NCBI RefSeq assembly: GCF_000299365.1 | Contig: NC_018655.1 | Span: 30,001 to 62,000, forward strand | Length of the DNA: 32,000 nt | Source: Candidatus Nitrosopumilus koreensis AR1 | Lineage (GTDB): Archaea > Thermoproteota > Nitrososphaeria > Nitrososphaerales > Nitrosopumilaceae | Direction: 5' to 3' | Translations under genes and position numbers: made by a program | Shown: positions 9,579-19,351 of the stretch, piece after piece | Layout: each line of letters starts with the position of its first letter | Numbering within the stretch: the first letter of the stretch is position 1 | The notes under the pieces: generated by a model | What the model was told of the DNA's origin: nothing | The model's input: the letters and a program-made list of their open reading frames with translations, nothing else | Databases searched by the model: none

Positions 9579-12276
9579 GTCTCTATTTGCAAATTTTGGT
9601 TTTTCTAATCTAACTGAAATACAAAAAAAGGCATCACCTATAATTTTACAAAAAAAAGATTGTCTAGTAATTGCTCCTACTGGTTCTGGAAAAACTGAAT
9701 GTTCTGTAATCCCAATTTTTTCCTTATTGACAAATTCTAAAAAAGCTGGAAAAATTAAAGCTCTTTACATTACTCCATTACGTGCATTAAATCGAGATGT
9801 TTTTAGACGAATTACAAAATATGCTCATCAAAATAAACTATCTATTGAAATCCGGCATGGGGATACCTCACAAAAAGATAGAAAAAAAATTACTGAAAAT
9901 CCTCCTGATGTTCTAATTACAACTCCTGAAACTTTGGTTATTCTTTTAACTCAAATCAAATATCTTGACGCCCTATCTGATCTAGAATGGATTATAATTG
10001 ATGAAGTACATGAATTATTATCTAGTGAAAGAGGCACTCAACTCTCTCTAAGTGTTGAAAGATTGGAATTTAATTCTAAATTTCCCCTTACAAAAATAGG
10101 CTTATCTGCTACTGTTGGAAATTTCGAGGAAGCAGGAAAATTTGTTGTAGGTACTAAAAGAAAATGTGAGATAATTAGAGATACTTCTGTAAGAAAATAT
10201 GATGTAGAAATAAAATACGTGGATGGAACAATTTCTGATGTAGCAGAAAAAATTGTTGAACATGTATCTGAATTGAATTTAGATTCACCCGTTCTCTTAT
10301 TTACAAACACTAGAGGCGAATCTGAATTTTTAGCCTCAATACTTAAAGAAAAATCCAATATTCCTATTGAATTACATCATGGTTCTCTATCAAAAGAAGT
10401 TAGAGAAGAAACTGAACAAAATTTACGTGAAGGAAAACGAGGAATTGTCGTCTGCACATCTTCCCTTGAATTAGGCTTAGATATTGGTTCTGTTGAATTA
10501 GTAATCCATTATGGTTCACCTAGACAAGTTTCCAAATTAGTTCAAAGAATAGGTCGAAGTAGACACAACCGTAATGCATCTGCTAAAGGATTAATTATTA
10601 CAAATAACTCTGATGATGAATTTGAAGCACAAGCAATACTTCAAAGAATTCAAGAAGGTTCTATTGAAGAGCAAAAAATTCATGATGGCTCACTTGATGT
10701 TTTAGCTCATCACCTTGTTGGACTAACAATGCAAATTGGAGAAATTTCAATTGATAAAGCATTTGATCTGATTATAGGAGCCTATCCATTTAGAAATCTA
10801 AAACTAGAAGAACTTGTAGATGTTTTAGATTTACTTGATTCGAACTATTTGATATTTTTTGATAGAACAAATATGACTTTTTGGAAGAAAGGACGTTCTT
10901 TCAAATATTACTTTGAAAATCTTTCTACAATTCCTGACATTCTTAAATTCAAGGTATTTGACAGTGTTGGAAAAAAAATTATTGGAACTCTAGATCAAAG
11001 ATTTGTAGGTGATTATGGTGATTCTGGAAATATTTTTGTTTTAAAAGGCTCACAATGGAGAATTCTAAACGTTGATGAGAAATCATTCACAGTAAATGTT
11101 GAACCTTTTAGAGGTGGAGGAATTACTGTTCCGTATTGGGAAGGTGAAAACATTCCTATTGATTATAAAACTGCCAGAAAAGTGGGTAATTTTAGAAGCA
11201 AAGTTAGGAAAGGCTTACTCCAGTTAACAAATAAAACAATTGAAAAATTAAATTTTGATGAAATTTCTGATGATGATAACATAATAATTGAATCAAGTAG
11301 ATCTCAGGGTTCAATTGTAATCCATTCTTGTTTTGGCACAAAAATTAACTCTACACTTTCAACATTACTTTCTTCTATGTTATCTTCTGTGTTGGGTTCT
11401 GTAGTAGATTCTCGTTCAGATGGTTATAGAATTGCAATATCTTCAAGATCCAGAATTTCAGAAAAATTATTTCTTGAGGTCTTAAAAGATGACTATGATC
11501 TGTTTTCAATGATTACTGCATCTCTTGCTGGTACTCATAATGTTAATTGGAGAACTTGGTGTGTTGCAAAAAAATTTGGTATTGTAGGTCGTGGTGCAAT
11601 TTATGAAAGAAAATCTGCACGATTTTTGTATGAGAGGTACTCAAAAACTGCACTTGTACATGAAGCATTACGCGAATTATTTCATGACAAATATGATCTT
11701 AAAAATACTGATAAACTGTTAAAAGAAATTCGTGAAGATCAAATTCATATTAAATGGTTAGAAGTTGATCAATTTTCAAAACTAGCAGAACCTATTTTGG
11801 ATCATACATCAAAATATTATTCTTCTCCTGCAAATCTTGATAAAGGAATTCTAGATCTTGTAAAAACTAGACTTGAAAAAACAAAGCACCGTTTGATCTG
11901 TGCTAGATGTGGAAAATGGGAACGTGTAGTTGAAACAAACGAAGTAAAAAACATCCTGATTTGTCCTTATTGTAAGGGACGACAAATTACTGCAACATTT
12001 TATTCTGATTATGATCTTCCAAAAATTATTCGAAAAAAATATGAGGGTAAAAAACTGACTAGTGAGGAAAAACACAAGGCAGATCGTGCCTGGAAAGTAT
12101 CTTCTTTAGTAGAAAATTTTGGTAAGACTGCAATTATTGTCATGTCTGGTTATGGGGTTGGTGCAGATACCGCTGCACGAATTCTTCGCAATATGGTTGA
12201 TGAAGAGCATTTACTCAAACAAATCTATGAGGCAGAAAGACAATACGTGGTTACTAGAGGTTTTTGGGATTCTTAA
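9562..12276 (+). CDS. lhr: Lhr-type (large helicase-related) DEAD/DEAH-box superfamily 2 helicase
   Basis: The ORF is open from 9529 but ATG 9562 (MNQTPESLFANFGFSNLTEIQKKASPII) looks the likelier start. Motifs: APTGSGKTE, DEVH, QRIGRSRHN; Lhr-like C-terminal region; zinc site CARCGKWE...CPYCKG. Confidence 0.88.
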   Translation: MNQTPESLFANFGFSNLTEIQKKASPIILQKKDCLVIAPTGSGKTECSVIPIFSLLTNSKKAGKIKALYITPLRALNRDVFRRITKYAHQNKLSIEIRHGDTSQKDRKKITENPPDVLITTPETLVILLTQIKYLDALSDLEWIIIDEVHELLSSERGTQLSLSVERLEFNSKFPLTKIGLSATVGNFEEAGKFVVGTKRKCEIIRDTSVRKYDVEIKYVDGTISDVAEKIVEHVSELNLDSPVLLFTNTRGESEFLASILKEKSNIPIELHHGSLSKEVREETEQNLREGKRGIVVCTSSLELGLDIGSVELVIHYGSPRQVSKLVQRIGRSRHNRNASAKGLIITNNSDDEFEAQAILQRIQEGSIEEQKIHDGSLDVLAHHLVGLTMQIGEISIDKAFDLIIGAYPFRNLKLEELVDVLDLLDSNYLIFFDRTNMTFWKKGRSFKYYFENLSTIPDILKFKVFDSVGKKIIGTLDQRFVGDYGDSGNIFVLKGSQWRILNVDEKSFTVNVEPFRGGGITVPYWEGENIPIDYKTARKVGNFRSKVRKGLLQLTNKTIEKLNFDEISDDDNIIIESSRSQGSIVIHSCFGTKINSTLSTLLSSMLSSVLGSVVDSRSDGYRIAISSRSRISEKLFLEVLKDDYDLFSMITASLAGTHNVNWRTWCVAKKFGIVGRGAIYERKSARFLYERYSKTALVHEALRELFHDKYDLKNTDKLLKEIREDQIHIKWLEVDQFSKLAEPILDHTSKYYSSPANLDKGILDLVKTRLEKTKHRLICARCGKWERVVETNEVKNILICPYCKGRQITATFYSDYDLPKIIRKKYEGKKLTSEEKHKADRAWKVSSLVENFGKTAIIVMSGYGVGADTAARILRNMVDEEHLLKQIYEAERQYVVTRGFWDS

Positions 12277-13673
12277 TTCTTTTTTGTAATTTTGGAAAAA
12301 GCTGTTAGGAACATCTCTATTCTGCCCTCTAGTCCGGCCTTTGCATTAAGGCCTGTTATTGAAACAATTTCACCTAATTCACATTTGTCAATTAATCTTG
12401 CTTGATTTCTCCATCCTTTAACCCAAATTTGTCCAGTATCGTCTTCCACAAACATTTCTGAAAGTGCAATTGATTCTCCAGTTTTTGTTTGAACTTCGCG
12501 TCTTTCTGGAACTTTCAAAATTATAGCTTCTATACAATAACTTCCATCAGCTTTCACATCGTTAATTTTTGTTCTAATCTGAGACAATGAAGGAATGTTT
12601 TCATCATTTTCTAATTTTCTTACAAAAGAATTCTCATCAAGCGTAATTGAATTTCCATAAACTTTTGATGGCATACATTCTATGACATCTCCTTCGACAC
12701 AAATGCTAGTTGAATTTGATGAATCACTAATGTTGTATAGATTCTTTTTATTGTCAACAGCTAAAATCATATTTCTTCCATTTTCTGTTGGTGACATTGA
12801 AAGAACTCTTGCAATTACTGGTTCTGCTTCTTTACCTCCTTCAATCTCAATTATTGTTGCATCATTTCCATGAATTTCTAATCCTTGATTTCCAGATTTG
12901 ACTCTGACTCCAAGTAATCTTACTTTAGCTGATTGTGAAATCATGTTTGGAATTGATGATTCATCTTTTCCCCATAATACTACTCTCATTCCATTTCCAT
13001 CTTTCCCCTTTAGCCTCATTCGCAATGCTTTTCCAGGCATACCTCTAGAATTTGTAAATTCCATACCGCTAATCACACCATCAATTTCTCCTAAAACAAC
13101 TAGATCTTTTTGACCCTCTTGCAATTCACTTACATCTCTTGTAATTCTATCAATAGTTGGAATTTCACTTGTAGAATCGATAGTTTCTACATTAGAACCT
13201 GAACCAATATTGATTGTTGGTGATCCATCAAGATCTGATTTGACATAAGCTTTAATGATTTTAATTAGGTCTCCGGGTTTTAGATTTTCAATTCCAGGAA
13301 GGTTTGCTTTTTCATCCCATAGTTTTACACTCGCTGTAGAGTTTGCATCATCATATACTGTCATAGTTCTAAGATAAAATGGAGAACCATCTTTTCTTGA
13401 AAATTGTTTTGCAGGTGATAAATTCAAAACCCTTGTTTCTAATGAAATTTCTTTTGCCCCTGCATAGAGATCTTTTAAACTCATTTCAATTTTTAGTGGT
13501 CCTGACAATGTTACGCCATAGTCTGATGCAATTAAGAATAAAGCTCCTTGGTCAGTCAAATATCCTGCACCAATTTTCTCTTTTTTTAGTTTGATTTGCT
13601 CTTCAATTATCTCTCTAGTTAATTCTGGTTTTTGTTCAATTAATTTTTCAATCAGGCTGTCAAATTCCGACAA
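12273..13673 (-). CDS. Replication protein A-like OB-fold single-stranded DNA-binding protein
   Basis: 466 aa; repeated OB-fold signatures: GSPFYLRTMTVYDDANSTASVKLWDE, VSGMEFTNSRGMPGKALRMRLKGKDG...VVLWGKDE, MFVEDDTGQIWVKGWRNQA. Confidence 0.85.
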   Translation of the reverse strand: MSEFDSLIEKLIEQKPELTREIIEEQIKLKKEKIGAGYLTDQGALFLIASDYGVTLSGPLKIEMSLKDLYAGAKEISLETRVLNLSPAKQFSRKDGSPFYLRTMTVYDDANSTASVKLWDEKANLPGIENLKPGDLIKIIKAYVKSDLDGSPTINIGSGSNVETIDSTSEIPTIDRITRDVSELQEGQKDLVVLGEIDGVISGMEFTNSRGMPGKALRMRLKGKDGNGMRVVLWGKDESSIPNMISQSAKVRLLGVRVKSGNQGLEIHGNDATIIEIEGGKEAEPVIARVLSMSPTENGRNMILAVDNKKNLYNISDSSNSTSICVEGDVIECMPSKVYGNSITLDENSFVRKLENDENIPSLSQIRTKINDVKADGSYCIEAIILKVPERREVQTKTGESIALSEMFVEDDTGQIWVKGWRNQARLIDKCELGEIVSITGLNAKAGLEGRIEMFLTAFSKITKKN

Positions 13674-13887
13674 TTCATAATTGCTACCTTTGTTCTATTA
13701 ATAAAAATTTCATTATGTTCTTACATTGTGTTTCTGTCAAATTAGATCGCTTTATCATCAATTCCAAATCATCAATTCCAAATTTTTTCTTGTTTTGAAC
13801 ATATTATCTCTTAATTTGATAAACTCCAACAAAATCTATGATGAAACAACTGATTAACTAAATTAGTAGGATGATCGCAGTTTTAAC

Positions 13888-14825
13888 ATGTCCTGTATCG
13901 ATGTTAGCCATTTATCAAAATCATATGGTTCAATTAAAGCTGTAGATGATATTGTATTAACAGTAAAACCTGGACAAGTTTTTGGATTTTTGGGACCAAA
14001 TGGAGCAGGGAAATCCACTACCATCAAATTACTTACTACCTTAATTCCTCCTTCAACCGGCTCCCTCACAATATTGGGAATTGATGCGATCAAAAATCCC
14101 TTGGAAGTGCGTCACAAAATTGGAGTAGTTTTACAACAACCTAGCTATGAACCTACTCTGTCAGTTGAAAAGTCACTTGACAAATATGGGATGATGTGGA
14201 ATATTACAAGAACTGAACGCAAAAAACGAATGGAACAACTTTTGAAAGATTTTGATCTAGTTGAAATTAGAAAGAAAAAAAATGAAGATCTTTCTATTGG
14301 TCAACGAAGAAGAGTACAAGTTGCACGAGAATTTATGCATGATATGGATTTATTATTTTTAGATGAACCTACAGTAGGATTAGATCCTAGTGCCAGACGA
14401 AAACTGTTGGATTATTTAAAAAATAAAGTTAAAACAGGGTTGACAATTTTTTACACGACTCATATTTTAACAGAAGCTGAATATCTCTGTGATAAGATTG
14501 CAATTATTGATAAAGGAAAACTTATCACAGTTGATTCTCCTGAGGCACTAAAAAATAAATTTGGAAAAGAAAAAACTATTAAAATTCATTTATTAGAAAA
14601 AACCCTAAAATTTCTGACTTGTTAAATGGAATTTCTGATTGCAAAATAAATTTTGAATCTGGAACAAATATAGTTATTCACTCTGAACAATCTGAATTAG
14701 TTTTGTTAAAAGTCTTGAAAATACTAAATGATAATAATATTGAGATAGAAGACTTATCTGCAGTTCCTACAAATCTTGAAGAAATATTCTTAAAAATGGT
14801 GAGAGAAAATACATCCAATAATTAG
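13888..14825 (+). CDS. ABC-2 type transporter ATP-binding protein (DrrA-like), reading frame interrupted near 14600
   Basis: Frame 1 (13888..14625) carries GPNGAGKSTT, LSIGQRRRVQVAREFMHDMDLLFLDEP and stops early. The rest of the C-terminal domain (NPKISDLLNGISDCKINFESGTNIVI...LEEIFLKMVRE) continues in the +1-shifted frame ending 14825. Confidence 0.8.
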
Positions 14826-15570
14826 ACTCGTAAACAGAAACATTACAATTTCTTTAAATCCTGGATTTTTAATCTGGCAAGTAATTTTTCCTCTGATCTA
14901 TATTTTTGTAGCAGGTTTTGCATATGCCCCGTTAATTCAACATGTACCTTTTGGTGCAAAGGAACTTGATTATCCTGCATTTCTAGCCTCTGGTATGATT
15001 GGATTCAACATAATGAACAGTACTCTTGTTTCAGGAATCATAATCTGGAACGATAGACGACATGGTATGTTTGAGCAAATAATGTCTGGTCCTTTTACGC
15101 GAAGTCATTACATTCTTAGCAACATTTGCACTATAGGCATAATTGGTTTAGTCAGTGCTTCTTTGATCGCCTTGGTAGGCTATCCTGTATTTTTTGAATC
15201 TATAGAATTTTCATTAATTACCATCCCAGTGATTGTTTTTGGTGCAATTACTGGCTCTGTTTTATTTGGTTCATTAGCATCTATAATCTCAACCAGATTA
15301 CGTTCTAGTGAAGGATTTAACGTAATTATTAACACTGTTTTTCTATTTTTTGCATTTGTTAGTTCAGCATTTTATCCTGCAGATAATGTTCCTGAACCAT
15401 TACGTACAGCATTTTATCTAAATCCATTAACTTATCTAGTTGATGTAATTAGAGCAGGAATTTTTGGAAATATTACTGATTTTGTGATTATTGAAATGTT
15501 GGTACTTGTTGGAATTGCTTCCGTATTTTTTGTTATTGCATCAAAGCTTCTAACTAAGTTAGATTTTTAG
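14803..15570 (+). CDS. ABC-2 type transporter permease (5' end without canonical start codon)
   Basis: The frame is open from 14803. It encodes IIRLVNRNITISLNPGFLIWQVIFPLIYIFVAGFAYAPLIQHVPFGAKELDYPAFLASGMIGFNIMNST..., an ABC-2 permease N-terminus upstream of the track's ATG at 14995. Confidence 0.75.
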   Translation, partial: EKIHPIIRLVNRNITISLNPGFLIWQVIFPLIYIFVAGFAYAPLIQHVPFGAKELDYPAFLASGMIGFNIMNSTLVSGIIIWNDRRHGMFEQIMSGPFTRSHYILSNICTIGIIGLVSASLIALVGYPVFFESIEFSLITIPVIVFGAITGSVLFGSLASIISTRLRSSEGFNVIINTVFLFFAFVSSAFYPADNVPEPLRTAFYLNPLTYLVDVIRAGIFGNITDFVIIEMLVLVGIASVFFVIASKLLTKLDF

Positions 15571-15579
15571 AAAATTAAA

Positions 15580-16317
15580 TTATTTTTTAAACTTTTCATA
15601 CATTTCGTTAATTTTTTTAATTATATCTAGATCTTCATATTCAATTAAATTCAAATTTGGTATAACGCAATGACCTCCAATAATTCCTGGATACATTTTT
15701 GGCCTGTTTCCTAAATTTTCATGTATTTCATCTGCAAATTTCCACATTTCATCAAAATCTATGCCTTCTTTTTCACAAATCATCTTTGTTATCTGTGCAT
15801 AGTTGATGAGCCATCCATAATATGATGTATCCACTAAAATTTTTGCAAGCTCCCCTGTTTTTGTAGTTGACATCCAATCAACTTTTTGAAATCTTTTTTG
15901 TAAATCTAATTTAATTTCAGAACTAATTTCATTATTGTCTGACGCAATAAATTTTGTATATTTTTTAATATCGTCTAAAAACCTTCTATGAACGCCACGA
16001 ACTGGTGAAAATAAAACTGGAATGTTAGATTTATCCTGAATATTTTTTGTTGTACCTGGTCTAACTGTTGAATGAATAATAATTGCTTTCAGACCAATCA
16101 ACTTTGGAATCCAACTTAATGTAATGTCTATAAATTGTGTTAATTCTCCTGGCAGACAAACATGTAGGTATTCTGGATTTTCAATTGTCTTGTTTTCTGA
16201 ATAATTTTTACATTTTGAAGATTCTATGTCTATGCCAACACAATCAAAATTTCTTTCATTCAGTAAACCAAACAAAGTTTCACCTACTTCTCCCATACCT
16301 AATACTATGTCTGACAT
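15580..16317 (-). CDS. Nucleotide-sugar (UDP-glucose/GDP-mannose) dehydrogenase-like NAD-binding protein
   Basis: 245 aa; degenerate N-terminal Rossmann (DIVLGMGEVGETLF...CVGIDIE), IIIHSTVRPGTT, TKTGELAKILVDTSYYGWLINYAQ, PGIIGGHCVIPN. Confidence 0.65.
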   Translation of the reverse strand: MSDIVLGMGEVGETLFGLLNERNFDCVGIDIESSKCKNYSENKTIENPEYLHVCLPGELTQFIDITLSWIPKLIGLKAIIIHSTVRPGTTKNIQDKSNIPVLFSPVRGVHRRFLDDIKKYTKFIASDNNEISSEIKLDLQKRFQKVDWMSTTKTGELAKILVDTSYYGWLINYAQITKMICEKEGIDFDEMWKFADEIHENLGNRPKMYPGIIGGHCVIPNLNLIEYEDLDIIKKINEMYEKFKK

Positions 16318-16384
16318 TGTACCTATTGTCTGAAAAATACTTCATGCTATATTCGTGTTACATTTTTATCATTTTTTTAAAAAG

Positions 16385-16457
16385 TAGCCCGAGGCAGATT
16401 CGAACTGCCGTCACGGGCTCCAAAGGCCCATATGCTTGACCTCTACACTATCGGGCT
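16385..16457 (-). tRNA. tRNA-Gln (anticodon TTG)
   Basis: The reverse strand AGCCCGATAGTGTAGAGGTCAAGCATATGGGCCTTTGGAGCCCGTGACGGCAGTTCGAATCTGCCTCGGGCTA folds as a cloverleaf. Acceptor AGCCCGA/TCGGGCT, anticodon loop CTTTGGA, T-arm GGCAGTTCGAATCTGCC. CCA is not encoded. Confidence 0.92.
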
Positions 16458-16523
16458 GCTAAATCGAGCACACTAACTCCCTTAATGAACTTTTTATTCT
16501 AATATGCCTAAAATTATCCTGAC

Positions 16524-17552
16524 TTAATCTTTGATTACACTAATTAATTTTTTAACAGGATCTTCCATTTGGTTTAGAATTTTTTCTGCTTTTAGTTGAT
16601 TTGATTGTTTTGTAGATTCAAAAAACTTTGTTATTTGATTTGAAACTTTTTCAGGATTTGTTTCTCTCTTTATCAATTGTTTTCTCACCAAAAAATTTTC
16701 TATGATGTTTGGAACTGCATTATACGATATTGTGGGAATGCCCATTAATGCAGATTCTGCAGTCATTGTGCCTCCTGAACCAATGAAAACATCTGTATTC
16801 TTTAACAAATATTTTCCATCAAATGACATTTTTACAACTTTAGCTTTTTTACCTACATTTTTTTGCAGTTTTTGAATTTGCTTTGTGTATCTGCCTAAAA
16901 TAACAATATTTTCCTCACCAAATTTAGAAATTATATTAGCAATAATTGGAATAGTTTTATTTGATTTTTCTGTATATGATGCCTCCTCCTCCTCTACTCT
17001 TATCAAAATATTTTTCTTATCATTATTTTTGAATGGAAGTCGCCCATGTTCATTTATCTTTCTTTTGATTGTTACTGCTGCATCAATTGCCTTGTATGAA
17101 ATAATATTTTTTTCCATTATCCCATATTTTGAAAATTCTTTCTTTGGAATTGTGTAGGGAATTAACAGCTTTTGAATTAACGGTAATGTTAATTTCATCA
17201 CTGCTTCGGCCTGTGGAGAATCACAAAATGCAATATGTTTAATTCTTAAACCAAATGAAATTCTTGCAGCTTCAGGTGAACAAAAACTAATTACAAGATC
17301 TGGTGCAAATACTTCGATTTTTCTAACTAGTGTTCCCATTCTGTCAATACCTGCTTTTAGTTTGGAATTTTTACTTCCACCACCATGTTTACCTACAAAA
17401 ATCAGGTCAAAATTACGGATTTTTGCTAATTTTGAAACTTCTCCATAATTTCTAGAAGTGCATAAAATACTGTTTTTTTTACCTAATTTTTCAATAATAG
17501 GTTCCGAAAACAATAATTGCTTCGGAGTTAGAACATCTATCCATATTTTCAA
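16524..17552 (-). CDS. DUF354-like / glycosyltransferase-fold protein
   Basis: 342 aa; MKIWIDVLTPKQLLFSEPIIEKL start, HIAFCDSPQAEAV, DVFIGSGGTMTAESALMGIPTISY UDP-GlcNAc epimerase/GT-B-like C-terminal motif. Confidence 0.7.
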   Translation of the reverse strand: MKIWIDVLTPKQLLFSEPIIEKLGKKNSILCTSRNYGEVSKLAKIRNFDLIFVGKHGGGSKNSKLKAGIDRMGTLVRKIEVFAPDLVISFCSPEAARISFGLRIKHIAFCDSPQAEAVMKLTLPLIQKLLIPYTIPKKEFSKYGIMEKNIISYKAIDAAVTIKRKINEHGRLPFKNNDKKNILIRVEEEEASYTEKSNKTIPIIANIISKFGEENIVILGRYTKQIQKLQKNVGKKAKVVKMSFDGKYLLKNTDVFIGSGGTMTAESALMGIPTISYNAVPNIIENFLVRKQLIKRETNPEKVSNQITKFFESTKQSNQLKAEKILNQMEDPVKKLISVIKD

Positions 17553-17603
17553 GTAATTTTCATAATTGAAGTTAGTTCAATAAGTTTTTCTTAGTCTAAT
17601 CCC

Positions 17604-18755
17604 ATGCTTAGTGTAATGGGGGGAACAAAAGTTGTTGTTTATGGTCTTAGTACAGAAGGATATGCTATTGCATCACAAATGGCCATTAAAGGAGCCGATG
17701 TTTACATAATTGATGAATCGACCCCGTCTGCAATTTCACTAAAAGCAGAAATTGCAAAAACTTATCCTAATGTAGCATCTCTAAAAGAAGATGAACCACT
17801 ATTGTCTATGGAACCAATAGAAGTGGCAATTTCCAAAGCTCAATATCTCTTCTTTACTCCCAGAATCAGAAAAACTGGACAAGATATAAAAACTGAAATT
17901 CATTCAAAATTCAAGGATGCAACTACCTCTTTAAAGAAAAAAAGTTCTGTTGTTTTTACTCTTCCAACAGGATTTGGTGGGAATAATGAAAATATTTCTT
18001 TACTTGAACATGTCACGGGACTTGAAGTCGGAAAGCATATCTCATATTTTTATTATCCTTTAGAAGGTACTGATCAACAACCAAAAATTATTGGTTCTTT
18101 CAATGGCAAAAAAGATCCTGTTTTGTCTGATTTATTGACTACTGGAAAAAAAGAAAAAATTTTTGTTGCAATTTCATCCTCTGAGCATTTTCATGCAATT
18201 AACATTCTTTCAAGATTTTCAAGTCTGTGTAGTGTATTAGAAGTTTGTAAATATGCACAAGACGAAATCACTAAAAATGATTTATCTTCAGATGATTTTC
18301 AAGAAATATTCCTCGATGATATGGTTGCTGGTTTATTAGATCTTAAATCTTTAGGCTCATCTTTTGAGGGTGCAAATACTCTCATGTATCTGATTAATGG
18401 AAGTGTCAAGGGAATTGATGGCTACATAAAACGATTGATAGATGAAATACGTACAACATTAAAGAAAAATGATCTTAAGGCCAGCAGAACTAAAATTGCA
18501 TTATCTTGGACACTTGATCAACATTCGATGCGTGGAGATAAAATTGAAATGCTTCAAAATCTGACTTCAAGATTACGTGATTATATTGGTGATGTTGAGG
18601 CATATGAGGATCCGAACTTTGATTTGTTTCACAGCGATAAAACAACGATTGTTGTAGCTTGTTCAAAATCTGATCTTGAAAATATTAAAAAAACTAAACA
18701 AGATTCTGATTTGATTATTGTCAAAGCAAATCCTTTATGCGAAACAACCCAATAA
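17604..18755 (+). CDS. Conserved archaeal protein with NAD(P)-binding/nucleotide-sugar dehydrogenase-like fold, function unclear
   Basis: 383 aa; TKVVVYGLSTEGYAIASQMAIKGADVYIID Rossmann-like start, LFFTPRIRKTG. The start may be ATG 17604 or the in-frame ATG at 17616. Confidence 0.5.
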   Translation: MLSVMGGTKVVVYGLSTEGYAIASQMAIKGADVYIIDESTPSAISLKAEIAKTYPNVASLKEDEPLLSMEPIEVAISKAQYLFFTPRIRKTGQDIKTEIHSKFKDATTSLKKKSSVVFTLPTGFGGNNENISLLEHVTGLEVGKHISYFYYPLEGTDQQPKIIGSFNGKKDPVLSDLLTTGKKEKIFVAISSSEHFHAINILSRFSSLCSVLEVCKYAQDEITKNDLSSDDFQEIFLDDMVAGLLDLKSLGSSFEGANTLMYLINGSVKGIDGYIKRLIDEIRTTLKKNDLKASRTKIALSWTLDQHSMRGDKIEMLQNLTSRLRDYIGDVEAYEDPNFDLFHSDKTTIVVACSKSDLENIKKTKQDSDLIIVKANPLCETTQ

Positions 18756-18790
18756 TGGTATAAATTAGCTAAACTAGTATTCTGTTTGAA

Positions 18791-19342
18791 TTGTCTACTG
18801 ATAATGAATCCGATGAAATCCCTGTAGATGTTGTTTCTGAGAATGAAGACTCTATTCAAGAATCTGAGTCTTCAGATACAATGAAAGAAAACTTTTCAGA
18901 GTTATTGGATGTAGAAAAACAAAAAACTACAGAATGTGAAGAAAAACTAAAACGCATTTTAGCAGACTTTCAAAATCTTACTAGAAAGACACAATCTGAT
19001 ATTGAAAATGGTGTTAATGCTAAAGTAGATGAATTTGTATTGGATTTTTTAAAAATTTATGATGACTTTATTCGTGCTAGGGATGTTTTTTCTCAAAATA
19101 AAATCAACACCGAAGGTCTTGATTCAATTTTAAAAAATATGGATTACTTATTAAAAAAATACGATATATCTCCAATTGATGCGTTGGGAGAAATTTTTGA
19201 TCCCAATCTTCATGAAGCAATATCTGTTATTACTGATCCTGATTTAGATGACAATACAATCACCAAAGAGATCAGGAAAGGATATATTTCTCAAAAGAGG
19301 GTTATAAGACCAACATTAGTAGAAATTTCAAAAAAAGGATGA
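18791..19342 (+). CDS. grpE: Nucleotide exchange factor GrpE
   Basis: 183 aa; acidic N-terminus, LADFQNLTRKTQSDIE, FLKIYDDFIRARD, GEIFDPNLHEAISV; immediately upstream of dnaK. Confidence 0.93.
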   Translation: MSTDNESDEIPVDVVSENEDSIQESESSDTMKENFSELLDVEKQKTTECEEKLKRILADFQNLTRKTQSDIENGVNAKVDEFVLDFLKIYDDFIRARDVFSQNKINTEGLDSILKNMDYLLKKYDISPIDALGEIFDPNLHEAISVITDPDLDDNTITKEIRKGYISQKRVIRPTLVEISKKG

Positions 19343-19351
19343 TGATTAAAA

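Noticed and set aside
14995-15570. ABC permease starting at ATG 14995
   Set aside because: Would omit clear N-terminal permease sequence and a transmembrane segment encoded in the open frame upstream, so treated as a track truncation.
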